A stretch of DNA of 64,000 nucleotides from Eledone cirrhosa (lineage: Eukaryota), in contig OZ024741.1 of the NCBI GenBank assembly GCA_964016885.1, forward strand, positions 117,366,001 through 117,430,000, read 5' to 3'. Shown one piece after another: positions 1 through 13,400 of this stretch. The notes under the pieces were generated by a model. It ran no database searches and was not told where the DNA came from. It saw only the letters and a list, made by a program, of their open reading frames with translations. Position 1 is the stretch's first letter, and the number at the start of each line of letters is the position of its first letter. Made by a program: the position numbers and the translations under genes.

Positions 1-505
1 TAGTGTATGTATATAGTGTATGTATATTGTGTATGTATATTGTGTATGTATATAGTGTATGTATATAGTTTATGTATATAGTGTATGTATATAGTGTATG
101 TATATAGTGTATGTATATTGTGTATGTATATTGTGTATGTATATAGTGTATGTATATTGTGTATGTATATAGTGTATGTATATTGTGTATGTATATAGTG
201 TATGTATATTGTGTATGTATATTGTGTATGTATATAGTGTATGTATATAGTGTATGTATATAGTGTATGTATATAGTGTATGTATACTGTGTATGTATAT
301 TGTGTATGTATATAGTGTATGTATATAGTGTATGTATATAGTGTATGTATATTGTGTATGTATATTGTGTATGTATATAGTGTATGTATATTGTGTATGT
401 ATATTGTGTATGTATATAGTGTATGTATATAGTGTATGTATGTATATAGTGTATGTATGTATATAGTGTATGTATATAGTGTATATATATAGTGTATGTA
501 TATAG
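1..505. repeat. 13-bp minisatellite T(A/T)GTGTATGTATA
   Basis: Tandem units tagtgtatgtata/ttgtgtatgtata read directly. Confidence 0.95.
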
Positions 506-589
506 TGAATAAATATAATGAGATATGTGTATGAGTATGGGGGGTGGCATTGTGGGCGAAGAGCAGACAAATAGAATGGGAGGTGAGAA

Positions 590-764
590 AGACGGAATGA
601 TGCGAGAGAGAGAGAGAGAGACGGAATGAGGTGAAGAGAGCGAGAGAGTGAGAGAGAGAGAGAAAGAAAGAGAAAGAGAGAGAGAGAGACGGAATGATGC
701 GAGAGAGAGAGAGGGAATGAGGTGAAGAGAGAGAGAGAGAGAGACGGAATGAGGTGAAGAGAGC

Positions 765-838
<74 letters not shown>

Positions 839-945
839 ACGCGAGAGTGAGAGAGCGAGAGAGGGAGAGAGTGAAAGAGAGAGGGAGAGAGGGAGAGACG
901 GAATGAGGTGAAGAAAGAGAGAGAGAGACGGAATGAGGTGAAAAG
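590..945. repeat. (GA)n tract with interspersed GACGGAATGAGGTGAA units
   Basis: Recurrent gacggaatga(ggtgaa/tgc) motif between GA runs. Confidence 0.85.
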
Positions 946-1501
946 AGAATAAGTGGGGGAGAAATGAGAGAGTGTGAGAGAAGAAGATTCTTGAAGTGGA
1001 TGAGGCCAATAAAGAAATGATGTAATTAGACAGACGTTAGCAACAACATATATAGAGAGGGGGAGTAGAAAGAACGGAGAGAGAGAAAGAGAAGGTGGAG
1101 AGATAAAGAGAAAAGGAAAGACAGACATAGAGAAAGAGAGGAGGATGGAAATATGGTGTAAAGGACAGTGAACTGCAGAAATCAAACGCATTATATATAT
1201 GTATATGTGTGTGTGTGGGGGGGGGGGGGTGTGTGTGTGCAACGTGCAATTACTCAATTAGACAGACGGTAGTAAACGTGTGTTTATATGTGCAACCACC
1301 CTTGCACACATTCGTGCATAACTCACGCACAGGCACATGCAAAGATATATATATATATATATATACATACACACATACATATACAGTATATATATATATA
1401 TATATATATACACAGTATATATATATATACAGTATATATATATATATATATACATATATATATACAGTATATATATATATATATATACATATATATATAC
1501 A

Positions 1502-1533
<32 letters not shown>

Positions 1534-1602
1534 TTTTATATATATATATATATATATATGAAATGCTGTTCGCTTTTTGCTGCACTGTTTTCTATACCTT
1601 CC

Positions 1603-1693
<91 letters not shown>

Positions 1694-1743
1694 CTTTTAC
1701 TCTTTTACCTGTTCCAGCCATCTGGGTGAGGCCATGGTGGGGC

Positions 1744-1778
<35 letters not shown>

Positions 1779-2301
1779 TTTATATATATATATATATATA
1801 CAAAGCGCACCACACGCACCACACTCACACACAAACACCACATCACCACATCACCACATCACCTCATTCTATATGTAACAGGGTTTTCTGTCGAGCTAGA
1901 AATGGTATTAGTTAAGTCACGCAAGTGAAACCCAATCTGCTACCTTTCCATCCAAAGCAAAACATACCTTTCATTTTAAAAAAAGTGGGGCTGGGAGTCA
2001 CAAAAAAATAATAGTCAACACTAAAAGAAAATTGGCAAAGGGAAAATGACTATTTTTTAGGGAGCTCGCCCCAACTCATCATCCTGCCTTAGCCCCCATC
2101 AACTCCTCCTATTATTATTGTTTCTTTTTACTTCACCTTCTGTTTTCAGTTCTATGTTAGTATTACAGTTGTTGCTATGTTTCTATCTGGAGCAGACGAA
2201 GTGTTTGAAGACCTAGCACACTTACACGCACTTACGCCGCATATGAAAGCATAACACATATACTCGCGTACATACACACACATATCTACAGACACCCACG
2301 C

Positions 2302-2474
<173 letters not shown>

Positions 2475-2534
2475 ACATACATAATCACATAATTTAATGA
2501 GCTCAAGGTATAGATTCCGGGCTCTTTATAAATC

Positions 2535-2687
2535 AACATATAGAGAGAAGTACACATAGAGACATATGTTCAATCTTAGGGGTGCAAAAACCACCAGAGT
2601 GACAAACATGTTACCTACGGAAGGAATGGTGGTTTTTAAACCCCTATGATTGAACACATATCTCTATTGTACTTTTCTCTATATGTT
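2535..2687. repeat. Imperfect inverted repeat next to a (TA)n tract
   Basis: aacatatagagagaagtac...aaaaaccacca mirrored by tggtggttttt...ctctatatgtt. Confidence 0.8.
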
Positions 2688-2693
2688 ATATAC

Positions 2694-2778
<85 letters not shown>

Positions 2779-2781
<3 letters not shown>

Positions 2782-3070
2782 AGGGAGTGTAATGCGGAGT
2801 TGCTGTAGGTTTACCCAGGAGAGCACTCGATGTTTAGGTTCACGTCAGTAGCGAGGTGTAGAGCTAGACAGTGTAGGATAATAAAACAAGGACGAATAGT
2901 TACTCCTATGTGACGCGCGTTTCGCTATTGATCAGCTCAAGATTCGATCTGTATCGATCTATCCCAACTCTGTAATCAATGCCTCGAACCTTGAGCTGAT
3001 CAATAACGAAACGCGCGTCACCAACCAATAAACGTAATGAAGGAGTAACCATTCGTCCTTTTTTTATTAT
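2779..3070. mobile_element. (TA)n-embedded fold-back element with the 3' half of an HHR (GAAACGCGCGTC) in both arms
   Basis: IR 2878-3070; GAAACGCGCGTC at 3008-3019 (+) and 2912-2923 (-); no CTGANGA seen upstream. Confidence 0.55.
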
Positions 3071-3354
3071 ATATATGGGTTCAGATCTATCTGTTGAAAC
3101 AGTAGGAGCTCAGCCATCGGGGTCCTGAATACTATATAAGGTCCAAGTGAGTGTAACCAAGACTGCACCAACGTGTACACATTGTGTATTTATGCAGATA
3201 TAACTTTATCATACACTTCGGCTGCTAGTGCACTTTTTGCTATATATCTTAATTACGAACACGAGCGCTAATTATATACACATTTGTAAAACCGAATGGG
3301 TATATATACCTATCAATACATGTCTCTCTGTGATTGATTGGATGATATATACGT

Positions 3355-3394
3355 CTTCTGATGAAGGTCAAATTAAATTGAAAATCGATTAAAG
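3355..3394 (+). ncRNA. Degenerate minimal hammerhead ribozyme
   Basis: ctt CTGATGA a ggt caaattaa att GAAA atcgat TA aag; palindromic stem III AATCGATT; stem II held mostly by G-U pairs. Confidence 0.55.
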
Positions 3395-3539
3395 TTGTTT
3401 AACATATTTTCAATTTACAAGGAAATTCGTATTTTTGGAATGTCTACATGCCTACTTAAATATGCGTATATATATATATATTTGTACACGTTAGTGCACC
3501 CTCAGTTATACAGATATAACTTTATCATACATATATATA

Positions 3540-3614
3540 CAGGGTGTCCCTAAAAATGTATACACATATTTATTAGAATGCTGTTAAAGTGTATATACAT
3601 TTTTGGGGGACACC

Positions 3615-3617
<3 letters not shown>
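3540..3617. mobile_element. Tc1/mariner-like MITE (CAGGGTGTCCC TIRs)
   Basis: cagggtgtccctaaaaatgtatacaca ... tgtatatacatttttgggggacaccctg in TA context; related halves at 43127-43270. Confidence 0.6.
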
Positions 3618-3671
<54 letters not shown>

Positions 3672-3678
<7 letters not shown>

Positions 3679-4045
3679 TTCTTCGGAGGATGGTCGAGCA
3701 GAATCCTCAAGTATTCCTTCCAGTGATTCCTGTCAAATACAACCGCCTCCAACTGATCCGGCTGGATCCCCAAGCGAGATCAGCCAAGCTCATGGATGTT
3801 ATCCAAATATCTTGTTTGTAGTCTACCATTGCGTCTCCTGCTGGTTGGTTTTGCTCAGAAAATCTGTCCAGCGATTCTTTCCCGAGACATTCTAATCATT
3901 TATCCGTTATAATGGATCCTTGATCTCTCAATTTGAAGAAGTAGCAGCTCTACCGAGAACGATTCCCTGATTTCCGAGCTATTCACTCTATCGAGTAACG
4001 TTACTCCAAAGACCTTTCCGTGAAACCACATTTCATCCGCTTGTT
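3672..4045 (-). mobile_element. RTE-clade LINE 3' fragment
   Basis: Homologous to 14190-14790 and 32870-33255, which encode the RTE RT C-terminus. Confidence 0.75.
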
Positions 4046-4554
4046 ATAGTTTTCTATCTTCTAGATACATTACCAGTTAGTGCTAAAGAGCAAGTGTTTA
4101 GCCATGAACGGATTTGCCTCATGCGAATCATCGATCATTTTCAAATTATTAAAATAAATCATCTGCGATGTAGCTGTTTCAAATTCAACATAGATCAATT
4201 CACAGATCAAAGTCACTGGCTCAACAAGTACAAGATTGTATTTTCAGTCAAAATGGATTAAGCAGATTTATTCAGTTTTCCTAATTTACGCAGAAAAACA
4301 AAAACGAAAACAGACAGAAGAAAAGTGGTTACAAAATATATAACAGCACACTCTACACTCTCCTGCAGTGGTGTTGGTGGCTGTAGTAGTGATGGTGGTG
4401 GTGGCTGCATTAGTAGTTGTAGCAACAACAGCAGCAGTCTGACCATCTTAGTCCACCAACCCACACACATCCTTGATACACAAACAGCAGTAATAGCATA
4501 TTTCTCGACATATGTTATCTCCATTTCGGAAATCTATCTATCTATCTATCCACC

Positions 4555-4596
<42 letters not shown>

Positions 4597-4686
4597 TATA
4601 TATATATATATATATATATAATTATATATATATATATACATATATATATACATAAAACACACAAATGTACACATACTCACACGCAA

Positions 4687-4737
<51 letters not shown>

Positions 4738-5019
4738 ATTATGTAATTTATAGAATTTACTGTACATGTACATAGAAATGTATACACACACACACACACA
4801 CACACCCTATCTTATCTACACATGAATGGTTGTGTGTATGGCAAAAAGGGTTCCAAGAAATCAATGAAAGATTCTCAACTCATCTAGGTGAAGTATAACT
4901 CACTGAGAGTGCTCAATATATATAAATGATTATAAACAGAACGGATAGAACAAATCTGAGTCAACATATATATGTACTACTACCGCTATTATGCTTCCAT
5001 TATGACAAAATATTATTTT

Positions 5020-6432
5020 GGCTGTATCGGTAGAGGGTCGGACGCCATGCTTTGCAGCAAAGAGTTACGGCCCTTTATGGTCTGAGTTCAAATCCCGCCG
5101 AGGTTAGCTTTGCCTTTCATCCTTTCGGGGTCGATAAAATAAAGTACCAGTCACGCACTGGGGTCGATTTAATCGACTTTCCCCTCCCCCAAAATTGCTG
5201 GCCTTGTGCCTATATAAGAAACCATTATTATATGGTCGGCGGATTGGCAGTATCGATAGAGCGTCGGACACTATGCTTCACGACATAGCTACGGCTATTT
5301 ATGTTCTGATTTCAAATCTCACCAAGGTTAACTTTGCCTTTCATCCTTACGGGGTCGATAAAATAAAGTACCAGTAACGTACTGAGGTCGAGTTAATCAA
5401 CTTTCCCCGCCCCTTCAAATTCCTGATCTTGTGCCTAAAGTAGAAACTATTATTATTATTGTTATTATTAAGGGCAGTGGATTGGCAGTGTCGTTAGAGC
5501 GTCGAATAATATGCTTTGCGGCATAGAGTTATGGCCTTTTAGGCTCTAAGTTCAAATCCCGCCAAGGTTAGCTTTGCCTTTTATCCTAACGGGGTCGATA
5601 AAATAAAGTACCAGTAACCCACTGGGGTGGATTTAATTGACTTCACCCTCCCCAAAATATTGCTGACCTTGTGTCGATAAAATAAGGTACCAGTAATGTA
5701 CTGTGTGATTTCTGGCCTTGTGCCAAAAGTAGAAACAATAATTATATGGGCGGTGAATTGGCAGTATCGGCAACGCGTCGGACAACCCTGCTTTGCCACA
5801 TTGTTACAGCTCTTTACGTTCTAATTTCAAATCGCGCTACTTTGCCTTTCGTCCTTACGGGGTTAATAAAATAATGTACCAGTAACACACTGTGGGTGAT
5901 TTTAATCGAATTTCGCCTCCCCCAAAATTGCTGTCCTCGTGTCTGTGAATTGGCAGTATCGGTAGACGGTCGGACGCCATGCTTTGCAGCAAAGAGTTAC
6001 GGCCCTTTATGGTCTGAGTTCAAATCCCGCCGAGGTTAACTTTGCCTTTCATCCTTACGAGGTCGATAAAATAAAGTACCAGTAATGCACTGGGATAATT
6101 GCCGGCCTTGTGCCAAAAGTAGAAATAATTATTTCCTCCAACCCTTGGACGTCTCCTCCCTATTGAAGAATACTCATTTTTAACAATTATTATCGCCTTG
6201 TAAGTAAGAGCAGTGAATTGACAGTATCGGTAGAGCGTTGGACAATATGCTGTACGACATAGAGTTGCGTCCCTTTACGTTCTGATTTCAAATCCCCTCG
6301 ACGCTAGCTTTTTCGTTCATCCTTACGGGGTCGATGAAATAAAGCACCAGTAACGCACTTGGGTCGATTTAATCGACTTTTACCATTAACTTCAAATTGC
6401 TAGCCCTGTGCCAGAAGTAGAAACCATTATTA
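5020..6432 (+). mobile_element. Tandem cluster of about 6 tRNA-derived SINEs (family A)
   Basis: Repeated TGGCAGTATCGGTAGAGCG (A box), GAGTTCAAATCCC (B box), body gcctttcatccttacggggtcgataaaataaagtaccag, tail gtagaaac(att)n. Confidence 0.9.
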
Positions 6433-6551
6433 CTCGTCAATTCAATCCAACTACGATCTAGTCTCTCAGTAATTAACAAATGTCTACATTTGATTAAACT
6501 CTTAGGTGTTATTCAATAACAATCCATTTAATTTTCTTTAATTTTCTTAAA

Positions 6552-6741
6552 ATTGTTTCTACTTTTGGCACACGGCCAGCAATTACCCAATGCATTACAG
6601 GTACTTTATTTTATCGATCCCGTAAGGATGAAAGGCAAAGTTAACCTCGGTGGGATTTGAACTCATAATGGCAAGGGCCGTAACTCTATGCGTCAAAGCA
6701 TGGCGGCCGACCCTCTACCGATACTGCCAATCCACCGCCCT
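6552..6741 (-). mobile_element. SINE family A, full length
   Basis: Reverse complement of the family A consensus. Confidence 0.9.
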
Positions 6742-7096
6742 AAAATAAAAGGTGTTAAGTATTCATCTAATCAATATTCATAGTTAACGTCCATACATTA
6801 AGTTACTTCTAAAGTGCCGAATTTACCATTGTGCATAGGTGTGCCAAAGCACAGTACCCCGTTGGCCTACTTCCTGCCACAAAAATTTTTTTTACCGGGC
6901 CTACCTCCTTCACGGCCCAAGTATGGGACCTCATAACTTCACTAATACAGGGCCTCATTTGTCCTAAATCCGGCACTCTCGATTAAAATCCGGCACAAAT
7001 CGATTCAAATGAAACAGTTTAATGTAATTTAGTCTTTTGAGAGTGAAGCAAACCTCTTTATTATTTAGTCCTACATACATAATTATATACATACAT

Positions 7097-7145
<49 letters not shown>

Positions 7146-7146
<1 letters not shown>

Positions 7147-7420
7147 CCCGTAACGCCTGATATAGTCGTAGGGGCGCCTTGTTAACATACGGCGTTTCTA
7201 GGGCATTTTAAGCCTGGCGGAGCCCATTCGTCTCCAAGCAGATTTCTTCCAGAGAGAGGAAGAATCGACTCCAGTACTAGACTGGTACTTTTTTTATCGA
7301 CCTCGACAGGATGAAAGGCACAGTTGACCTCGGTGAGATTTGAACTCAGAGGGCAGAGGGCCGGAACGAATAACATGAAGCATTCTATCCGACGTTCTAA
7401 TGACTGCCAAATCGCCGCCT
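7146..7420 (-). mobile_element. SINE with family A head/body and an alternative tail (family A2)
   Basis: Same B box/body plus tail ccgccaggcttaaaatgccc...cctacgact; copies at 22305, 30337, 31650, 47265, 47965. Confidence 0.8.
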
Positions 7421-7434
7421 CCCTCTCTCGCTCT

Positions 7435-7541
<107 letters not shown>

Positions 7542-7963
7542 ACATACATATGTACATACGTACATACATATATACGTGCGTACATGCGTATCTATATTAT
7601 ATATACACAGCCTTCGCTCCTTCTATTAAATAACAAATAACAGGTGTTATGCACCCATTTTTAGGATAGCACATCACATCATTTCCGTACAAGATTCTCA
7701 AGAGAGTGAGAAGGGTCGGTAAAGACTGGTGTTGGACTGAAGCCCGAATGTAAACATGCTGAAACATCGTGCTAAAAATTAGAGAAAAGAAAATTAAAAT
7801 CTTAAACAAAATAACAAAAAATGGAAAAAATGCAGGACACGAAAGGAAACAAAAAAGGGGGTGGAGGAAACATAAAGTAGAGAGTGTTAAAAAATTCTAC
7901 AATTTATGGGGAATATAAGAATAAAGGGTATCAATGTTTAAAACAATATATATACGAAGTCAT

Positions 7964-8122
7964 GGCAATGTGGTTCAGTAGTTAGTTTTGCAACAAACGC
8001 AGTTTAAATTTCAAATCCACTACGTTGTACCTTGAACGAGTGTCTTCTAATGTAGCATTTTTCGGCTGAACAATACCTTACGAGTGAAATTTGTCATGCG
8101 GAGATTGTGCAGAAGCTCGCCA
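7964..8122 (+). mobile_element. Diverged tRNA-derived SINE (CORE-like)
   Basis: Degenerate A/B boxes followed by accttgaacgagtgtcttcta; similar copies near 17395, 20435(-), 52190. Confidence 0.55.
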
Positions 8123-8194
8123 TGTATATATATATATATATATACAATGGCCTCATATCGCCTGGAACACGTAATAGAGGAATGTATATGTATA

Positions 8195-8265
<71 letters not shown>

Positions 8266-8466
8266 TTTCTGAATTTGTTTAGCAAGATTCTTTATCTGAA
8301 ATCGTGTGTTGAAACCGATATTGTTATACTTTGGGAGGGTCATGTTGCCAATAAGAAACACACGCACCAGTTGCTTTCACTTCAATTTATTATAATAAAT
8401 TTATAATAAATTTATAAATTTCTGGTTGGTTGGTTGGTTCCACAACCAGATAGTTGTTTATATATT

Positions 8467-8509
8467 GTCATAGTTCTTTCGTCACACACTCTGTGACCTC
8501 TTCAGTGAC
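8467..8509 (-). ncRNA. Minimal hammerhead ribozyme of PLE family P1
   Basis: RC: gtca CTGAAGA g gtcac agagtgt gtgac GAAA g aa c TA tgac. Confidence 0.75.
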
Positions 8510-8707
8510 TGGGGATTCCTTTCTTTGTTTCTGTGCCTCTCCTTTGTTCTGTCCTACGCCATTTTGTTTCTGTGTGTGTGTTGTGTGCTCAGTCTGCGCA
8601 TGCGCCACATCCGGGTGTCTGTGTGTGTTTATGTTCATTTATTTATTTGTTTATTTACATGTTACTGGTGGTTGTTTGTTCTATGTGTGTGTGTTTTCAT
8701 TTTGTCC

Positions 8708-9370
8708 TTAATTGTAAGTTGTGATGTTGCTGTTCCACTCATATTTTCTATTTAATTTTGGTTGTAATTCTTTTATGTTTATTGCCTCTGTAATTTGTCT
8801 AAACATTGCGTCTTTTCTGTGTGTAGATTCTATTTTTATTTCTATGTTCTCTAATTTACCCTTGTGTTCTATTTTAGCATGTTGGTAGAGTACAGATGAT
8901 TCTTTACTATCTTGAAGGTCTCGCCAGTGTTCATTTATCCGTTCCCCTACACTACGAGCTGTCTCACCTATGTACACTATATTTTTGTCTCTACATTGTC
9001 CTTCGGTACATCTTATGCTATACACTACATTTCTAGTTTTACAGTTAATATGGGGGCTTATTTTACAGGTTATACATTTCTTATCTATACATGAGGGTCT
9101 TTGAAAAGGGTATGTCTTGCTAATGAGTGTTTTTAAGGAGGTACCTGGTCTTTCTACTATCTTAATATTGAGTTTATGTTTATTTAGGGCCCTTCTAAAT
9201 GTGTAAGCTAATTCACCTCTAGGGGTTGTATCGATGAACATTACACTCTGGTATTTATTGCTATCATACCATGAGTTTATTCTATTAGCCTTGTTCCTAG
9301 TTCTTTCTATTCTATTCCAAAATTTTCTCCTATACAAGGGGCAGGTCCCATTTATGTCATTATTTACCAT
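8708..9370 (-). CDS. PLE C-terminal linker plus GIY-YIG endonuclease (RT part missing)
   Basis: CIDKKCITC Cys motif; NCKTRNVVYSIRC...VYIGETARSVGERINEH...HAKIEH...RQITEAINI...LNRKYEW; 220 aa open. Confidence 0.9.
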   Translation of the reverse strand: MVNNDINGTCPLYRRKFWNRIERTRNKANRINSWYDSNKYQSVMFIDTTPRGELAYTFRRALNKHKLNIKIVERPGTSLKTLISKTYPFQRPSCIDKKCITCKISPHINCKTRNVVYSIRCTEGQCRDKNIVYIGETARSVGERINEHWRDLQDSKESSVLYQHAKIEHKGKLENIEIKIESTHRKDAMFRQITEAINIKELQPKLNRKYEWNSNITTYN

Positions 9371-9868
9371 TTTTTCCCATACATATATATATATAGGGTA
9401 TAAATGTTATGATACAAATTTCCTGTGTTAATAAAAATACTTAAACAAGGGTGTAATGAGTATAATTAATCTGGGGCGAATCTTTTGCAAAAGAACGAAT
9501 AAAATGTTCTATGTGGACAGGAAGAGATTATTTCATTTTTCGAACTGAGGATTTTTTTAAAGTAATTATAACACTTCGGTCAAAGATTACGTTTGATTCT
9601 AAACACTCCCCCCTCACCCCCTCACCCCAATAAGGTCTAGCAAACTTAATAATATACCAATTAAGAGAGTATACTTATGTTATCGCCCATAAAATGCCAG
9701 ATTATTTGAGCTAAGAACGTAGTATTTCTTTAATTTTTCCTTCTTAAAAAAATGTAAATGCGAATGAAATCGGGTTTTAAAGTTATTTGCAGTTGCTCCT
9801 ATGTAATTATGTAATGTGTTGAGACTTCACACTTGTCTTAACAATAATGTTAAATGCAATATTTATAC

Positions 9869-10420
9869 TAGACCTGAAAAATGCGCAAGCTCAAAAGAGC
9901 TACAGAATGTTATAATAAACCTTCAAAAGTGTGGGACTAGAGTTGTTGCTCAAAAATATTGTAATCATTTCAAATCCCGCCGAGGTTAACTTTGCCTTTC
10001 ATCCTTACGGGGTCGATAAAATAAAGTACCAGTAATACACTGGGTAATTGCTGGCCTTGTGCCAAAAGTAGAAACAATTATCTATCGTACACTCTGGCAT
10101 CCTTTTATAAAAAAGAGACTCATAACGAACTCAAGACGACACGATAATTATTTAAGCTAATGTTCAATATCTCATATTAGATGTTTAGTAATGATTAATA
10201 CGAAATGCACTTACACCGAATTCTATATTATAAATTCACTTAAATAATTATCGTGTCGTTTTGAGTTCGTTATGAGTCTCTTTTTTTTATAAAAGGATGC
10301 CACAGAGTGTACGATAAATAATGATTACAATATTTTTGAGCAACAACTCTAGTCCCACACTTTTGAAGGTTTATTATAACATTCTGTGGCTCTTTTGAGC
10401 TTGCGCATTTTTCAGGTCTA
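9869..10420. mobile_element. Palindromic MITE, probably hAT-like (TAGACCTG ends)
   Basis: About 175-bp inverted arms; flanks atttatac/gtttaata are a degenerate 8-bp TSD at best. Confidence 0.65.
9969..10082 (+). mobile_element. 5'-truncated SINE A nested in the left MITE arm
   Basis: Absent from the mirrored right arm. Confidence 0.9.
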
Positions 10421-13400
10421 GTTTAATATTTTTTAAGGCAACGCTTGTAATAACACTAGTTAAACATGATATATATTAATAATAAATTATCTTTGTAATG
10501 TAATTAGATTATACAATTGTCATTTTATAAATGATCTTATAAATATTATTGTAAGATGTATAAAAAATATTTTCATACTTTTAATATAAACAACTACAAA
10601 AAACAATCAATATTAAATAAATATATTTTACATAATAATTGTTATAGTTGAATTAATAAAAATTAAATATTACATACAAATAGTCTAACATAATAATAAA
10701 AAAATAATCTAACATAATAATAATAAAATAATCTAACATAAAACGAACTATAATATGGACAAATATACAAGTAAATATGATACAACCAATATTATAAGCA
10801 TGTTATAACGAACTGAAAAAAAATAGTTAATATAAATTTTAAAAATCATATATAAATTAACAATATAACTTACCAAAACGAGAAAAATATTTTGATGATA
10901 AACGACGAAATACAGGAGGAAGATTCGAAAGCGAAACGATAAATAAACGTGCAAACAAAGTGGCGGATGCGTTTGAGCAACAATTACTCTCATTGGTTGA
11001 TTAGCTAATAAGACGATGAAATTAGCCAATAAGACGATACATTACAAAAGATGTTTGGCAGAGATCACCACGGCCAGCGAAACCCCTTGAATTTTTTATT
11101 CACAAGCTACGCATATATGTCAGACACGCAGACTTAAAACATTCTGTTGTTAGTCACTGCGTGTCTAACAGATATATATATGAATACAAAAATCACAGAA
11201 ATCATAGAATAAACTTATACATGTGTCTGTGTTTACGTTTACTTAGTAGTTCGACAAAAAGATCGATAAAGTAAGTACCATACACCGAATTTGTTCATAT
11301 AATTATTTACTCATCCTGAGTGAAAAACTCTTGAACTCCACCTGCTGAAATTTCACCTAAGGTACGGTAAAACATCACACTTGATATAAAATTGCATGTG
11401 TAGGGTGATTGGAATTTAGCGAAGGTTGGACGTATATGGGTAAGTCTTTAAATTTACAAATATCGATTCCAACCGTCATAAAAAATGCAGACAAAATTAA
11501 AAGCTTCTTCCCGTGATGGTGACATTATCAGGAAAGTAGTTGACTCGTTTAACCATTTTGGAACCAAAGCAACTGAAACCGCTCCTGGTTCTACGATACA
11601 AAACTCACCCCAAGAGAGATGAAAATCAGAACGTAAAGAAATGAAACTAAACACTGCAAGTCAATAAATCCAACATTCATCTAATCCTATTAAACCCCCT
11701 CTCCTCCTAGACTTTTATAATAATTTTAACGTTGGTACAAGGAGAAAGAAGAAAGTCGATTATATCGACCCCACTATAATCAACTTACTCCTTCCTCCAC
11801 ATATTGCTGGTCTTGTGCAAAACCCGATATTTAATTGATAATAACTTGCACAAGATATTATCGATTAAACACCACATCTCAAGTAGAACAATCTTCTCCC
11901 ATAAGACACACTAATCACCTAATAAAATAAAACACAATTCACACTCTACAAAATGAATACCCAATAAAATAACGCAACTCACATTACACAGATTATACAC
12001 AAAAGAAGAGACACTGACAACATAAGAAACCACAAGCTAAACCCTGTAACAAAACAAAACTAATGCAGTACACTAACAGGAGAAATCTACATCCCTCCTC
12101 ACAAAAATAGGAAAATATAATACTGCACACACCTGAAAAACACGGAGGTGCACCAGGTGATGCATTATAAACTCACGTGAAACTGTCAAAAACAACAATA
12201 ATAATAATTTCTTATGTTTGACACAAGGACATCGAATGAAGGAGACATTACTAAGACAAGTTAGAATATCATTAAAGTGGGGGTTTACAAAGAAATGAGA
12301 AAAAAATAGGTAACACGTATACATAGTATACAATTATATAAGGTATTTCTCCTGGTTCAGAGAGTTGAATATCTAAGGTTAATTGAGAAACCCCACGGAT
12401 CCACAACCACCCTGACTACCAAGAGAAAGTGCCCTCGCCCAACTCGCTGTCCCCCCCTACAAGCATATGCTGAAAATAGACACATTCACTTTTGCCATTT
12501 TTGCTACTTTCATCCATCTTTTGGTAAATTAACTGGCGGAGATCAACACACTCTTTCCCTAACCTTCCTTTCCGGGTGAAATTCGGAAAAGTCGCTGAGA
12601 GCTTGATCAAAGAGGAATGTGCCATTTTAGTCCTTTCCACCACACAACCTCTTCCACCATATTCACTAGACATAGGAAATTTGTTAGCCTTAATCTATCG
12701 CTGACTCTTTCAGCCGATTTGTCCTGATTAGGTGTCCCTACACTCGCACTATCCCTGGTGTTACTCTTACCGATGTCTTGTTCACGATTGAACGCACCCA
12801 TTTATATCTAGGAATTGGTTTATTACAGGTACGATCTGACTTCTCTGTCACACAAGTGTATAATAATACTAATGAAGATGATTATACTAATAATGTCTTA
12901 GTAATGAAGCGGAAGTCACCATCTTGTTTACAAATTCCTTTCATGCATTTTTTTTTTGTCCCTGATAAAACATGCTATATTAACACAGAATTTTGTCGAA
13001 TGATTTCTCGTATCTCATAAATTGAAGTTAGATGTCTTACTTTAAGTAGACAGAGTAAAAACAGTTTCTCTTTTCAAAACATGGAAACATAAACCAATGA
13101 AGTATCTGAAGTGTCTCTAACAATTATCTGGCCATTCAACCTACTAGAAATAGCAGCAAAACTCTTCCTCAAATCATGCGTTAATATTTTAAATGGGAGT
13201 ATGACACCTTGTATAATGTGGTTCACAAAGAGAAGACTTTTCCCCCTTACTAGTCTCAAAGGCAAGGAAAAGGCTCATAGGTTCTGCTTTGCCCTTTCTT
13301 ACTAAGTAATATAATAAATCCTCTCCAAAAGTTTAGCTTGTGAATCATTTGATATATTCAAACTAATTTCAACTTTATTTCATGAACAGACAAAAACATC

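Larger units (their letters stand above)
8263..9380 (-). mobile_element. 5'-truncated Penelope-like element (family P1) in (TA)n
   Basis: GIY-YIG ORF, HHR in the 3' region, (TA)n at both ends; terminal ~310 bp repeated at 63498-63810. Confidence 0.9.

Noticed and set aside
70-1257. 395-aa ORF and the many [16 protein letters not shown] ORFs across the window
   Set aside because: Translations of mini- and microsatellites that lack stop codons; no domain content
5020-6741. tRNA genes suggested by A/B boxes
   Set aside because: Boxes continue into SINE bodies and no complete cloverleaf is seen
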